Origin: Zygnema circumcarinatum SAG 698-1b
Taxonomy: Eukaryota; Plantae; Zygnematophyceae
DNA length: 64,000 nucleotides
NCBI GenBank assembly: GCA_037447605.1
Contig: CM074810.1
Coordinates: 558,001-622,000, forward strand
Direction: 5' to 3'
Shown: positions 61,536 to 64,000 of the stretch, piece by piece
How the letters are laid out: each line of letters begins with the position of its first letter
Numbering within the stretch: position 1 is the stretch's first letter
Notes under the pieces: model-generated
Seen by the model: only the letters and a program-made list of their open reading frames with translations
Databases searched by the model: none
What the model was told of the DNA's origin: nothing
Position numbers and translations under genes: made by a program

Positions 61536-62281
61536 ATCAACCTCCGCCCTGAACCCTCCCTCCCTACCTCCACTACTCAAAACCCTAAACCCTGCCCGCT
61601 CTGCACCACCCCTATCCTCGCCCCTGAACCCTAACCCTAACCCTAACCCTAATCTCTCCCGAGCTGATCTTCCTTCATACTTAAACCCGCAACCCCGTCT
61701 GCCGCCCTTCCTTCCCCAGTGAAGCCCACCTCCTAACCCTAAACCCTTCACGCTCTCGGCCACCAACCCTCCTCCGCCCACAGCGCGAAGGCTGGCGGCC
61801 ATGGCGGCCTTCCTCCCTCTTCCCGTCCGTCTCCCTCTCTCCACGTGGAGGACGCACCGCAAAAGGCGGGAGGGGGAAATAGTACGGACTCCAAATTCAC
61901 GGAAACCGACATTCATAGTGTACGGATATCCCGGCTTTGTCACGTCACTGACTGACGTGGAGAATCGGAGGGTTACAGATGGATTTTATCTTGTACGAGG
62001 TGGCAGATCTAACGAATTTAATGTTGTCACGTTGCTTCAACATGCCACGGAGGACGGCCGTGAGTCCTAACCGTTGCTTTGGCGGATAGCCATCTGAGCC
62101 CTAACCGTACCTATGTACGGTTAATGTACGGATTTCATGTCCTAGTGTCCGAATTGTACGGTTTTCCATCTTTGCTGACGTGGATGATCGGACGGCTGGA
62201 GTCGAATCGATTTATCCAATGATCTGCTCCCACATAGCCCTACATGTCCGAAATTTTTTGCCCGGACTCTCCTGAACCGTA

Positions 62282-62472
62282 CAGTAGACCCCCCCAATAT
62301 TTTCGCCCCTCTTATTTTCGCTCCCCAATATTTTCGCCCTGAATTTGCCAAAACCCCTTTTTAATATAATACTGCCCGCCTATTGTTAACACGCACCCTT
62401 ATATTTTCGCTACCCAATATTTTCGCCCAATATTTGCCGAAACCATGGCGAAAATATTGGGGGGGTCTACTG
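62282..62472. mobile_element. 191-bp Tc1/mariner (pogo/Tigger-like) MITE
   Basis: Perfect 26-bp TIR CAGTAGACCCCCCCAATATTTTCGCC, TA on both sides, and several internal TATTTTCGC subterminal repeats. Confidence 0.88.
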
Positions 62473-62647
62473 TAACGGTACTGTGTTGCCCGTACGTACA
62501 ATGTGGACGATTCGTACAAATTCGTACGAATATCGTACGGTCGAAGCTTGCCGAACCTTCCATTTGGGACGCCCTTGAAAGCTTGGCCCTCCCTCCATGT
62601 CGCTTCCTTCCCCGTACTCTGAACCCTAATTCATCCTCGCTGCTGCC

Positions 62648-63880
62648 ATGGCGTGCGCTTCCCCCGCGGCCCTCACTTCTATCCGCCCCTCTCTTCGCCA
62701 TGGTCGTCGCTGCGCGTCGTCCCCACTCTCACCAGCCGCATCTCTCGCACTCTCCTCCTCCCCCTCCCCCACCAACTCCTTCTCCCCCTCCCTCTCCCTC
62801 TCCCCCTCCCCCTCCGTCTCCTTCCCTCTCCTCTCTGTTCGCCGAAGCGCCCTCGTGGGCGCGGCGGGAGCACGGCGGGTGCCCGGCGCTGTGACATGTG
62901 CGGCGACGCTGCCTCCGTTAGCGGAGACGGAACTGGTGGCGGTGCGCACGGAGAGCGGGGCCCTGGCGGCGCTGCCTGCGGGCGCGGGTCTGTACGCGGT
63001 GCACGACCGCGCGGGGCGGCTGCAGTACGTGGGCCTCTCGCGGCGCCTCGCCGCCTCCGTGCACGCGCTCGCGCAGGACCTGCCGGACCTCTGCCACGCG
63101 GTCAAGGTGAGGGAGGGAGGGAGGGAGGGAGGGAGGGAGGGAGGGAGGGCGAGGCCTCAACCCCGCCCGGGTTTTGGCGCTTGAATTCTGAACGCTGAAC
63201 CCTAAAACCTGAACCGTGACCGTTGAGCTTTGAGCACTAAAGCGTGAACCATAACGACCATTGAACCCTGAACCTCTGAACCCTAAAACCTGAACCGTAA
63301 CCGTTGAGCTTTGAGCGCTAAAGCGTGAACCATATTGACCATTGAACCCTGAACCCTTAATTCTGAACCCTTAACTCTAAAACCTGAACCGTGACCGTTG
63401 AACTTTGAGCCCTAAACCATGAACCATAATGACCATTGAACCCTGAACCCTTAATTCTGAACCCTTAACTCTAAAACCTGAACCGTGACCGTTGAACTTT
63501 GAGCCCTAAACCATAAACCATAATGACCATTGAACCCTGAACCTCTGAAATCTGAACCCTTAAACCTTAGCCTTAGGGAACCGTGACCCTCGAACGCGTG
63601 AACCTTAAACCCTAAACCCTAAATCCTGACCCCTGACCCCTCACCCTGTGCTCCTGCGCCTTCTGTCAGGCAGGTCGCTGTGGTGGAGTCCCCGAGCCGC
63701 GATGCGCTGACTGCCGCGTGGCAGGCGTGGATGGAGGAGCATGTCCAGGCGGGCGGGGAGCTGCCACCTGGCAATGAGCCCGGCAACGCTACCTTCACCG
63801 CCCGCAGGGCCCGCCCCGCGAAGGCCGATCTCCGCCTCACGCCCGGAGGGAACAAGGAGCTCAACATTTCGTTGATTGAG
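62648..63880 (+). CDS. GRXS16: Chloroplast GIY-YIG/monothiol glutaredoxin GRXS16, 5' part; the Grx domain lies beyond the window
   Basis: Exons 62648-63106 and 63674-63880: transit peptide, LAETEL..GAGLYAVHDRAGRLQYVGLSRRLAASV..LPDLCHAVK|VAVVE..AWQAWMEEH..PPGNEPGNATF..DLRLTPG. Confidence 0.93.
63195..63620. repeat. 81-94-bp tandem repeat (4-5 copies) in GRXS16 intron 1, containing CCCTAAA/CCCTGAA motifs
   Basis: The unit CTAAAACCTGAACCGTGACCGTTGA... recurs at about 63202, 63283, 63377 and 63471. Confidence 0.9.
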
Positions 63881-64000
63881 GTTGGGGGGGGGGTGGTTCC
63901 ATGTCTCCGTTAGCATGTGCGGTTGAATGTTGAGGAAACCGGGGAAAGGGGGAGGGGGGTCTCCATGTCTTTTGGTTGTGTCCGTGAGGGGAACGGGGGG

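Overview
Gene-dense eukaryotic nuclear DNA from a green plant. I infer a streptophyte alga or non-vascular plant from the CCCTAAA telomere-type repeats and the LPA1, GRXS16 and ATL-type RING-H2 homologues. It is a draft assembly with several 10-N gaps, nearly all beside G/C homopolymers, and its introns are full of CT/GA microsatellites. I assembled about 15 genes by hand, checking splice phases where exon coordinates are given: a partial unknown gene, RPC9, an EGF/TM/RING-H2 receptor-like E3 ligase, a MATE transporter, SmD1, a RING-TRAF-helical protein, an intronless GT-A glycosyltransferase, FHIT, a ZIFL-like MFS transporter, a Golgi-type SAM methyltransferase, LPA1, two head-to-head secreted tandem PAN/Apple proteins, an OCT7/NiaP-like transporter and a partial GRXS16. 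Mobile DNA comprises nested MITE-type elements and a heavily deaminated Ty1/copia RT relic; there are also several telomere-derived minisatellites. The three strongest leads are: (1) a 762-aa type-I membrane protein joining a large EGF/beta-sandwich ectodomain to an ATL RING-H2; (2) a 3-nt FHIT microexon between a U2 intron and a U12 AT-AC intron; (3) the divergent PAN-only gene pair. No database search was possible, so every novelty claim is a hypothesis.
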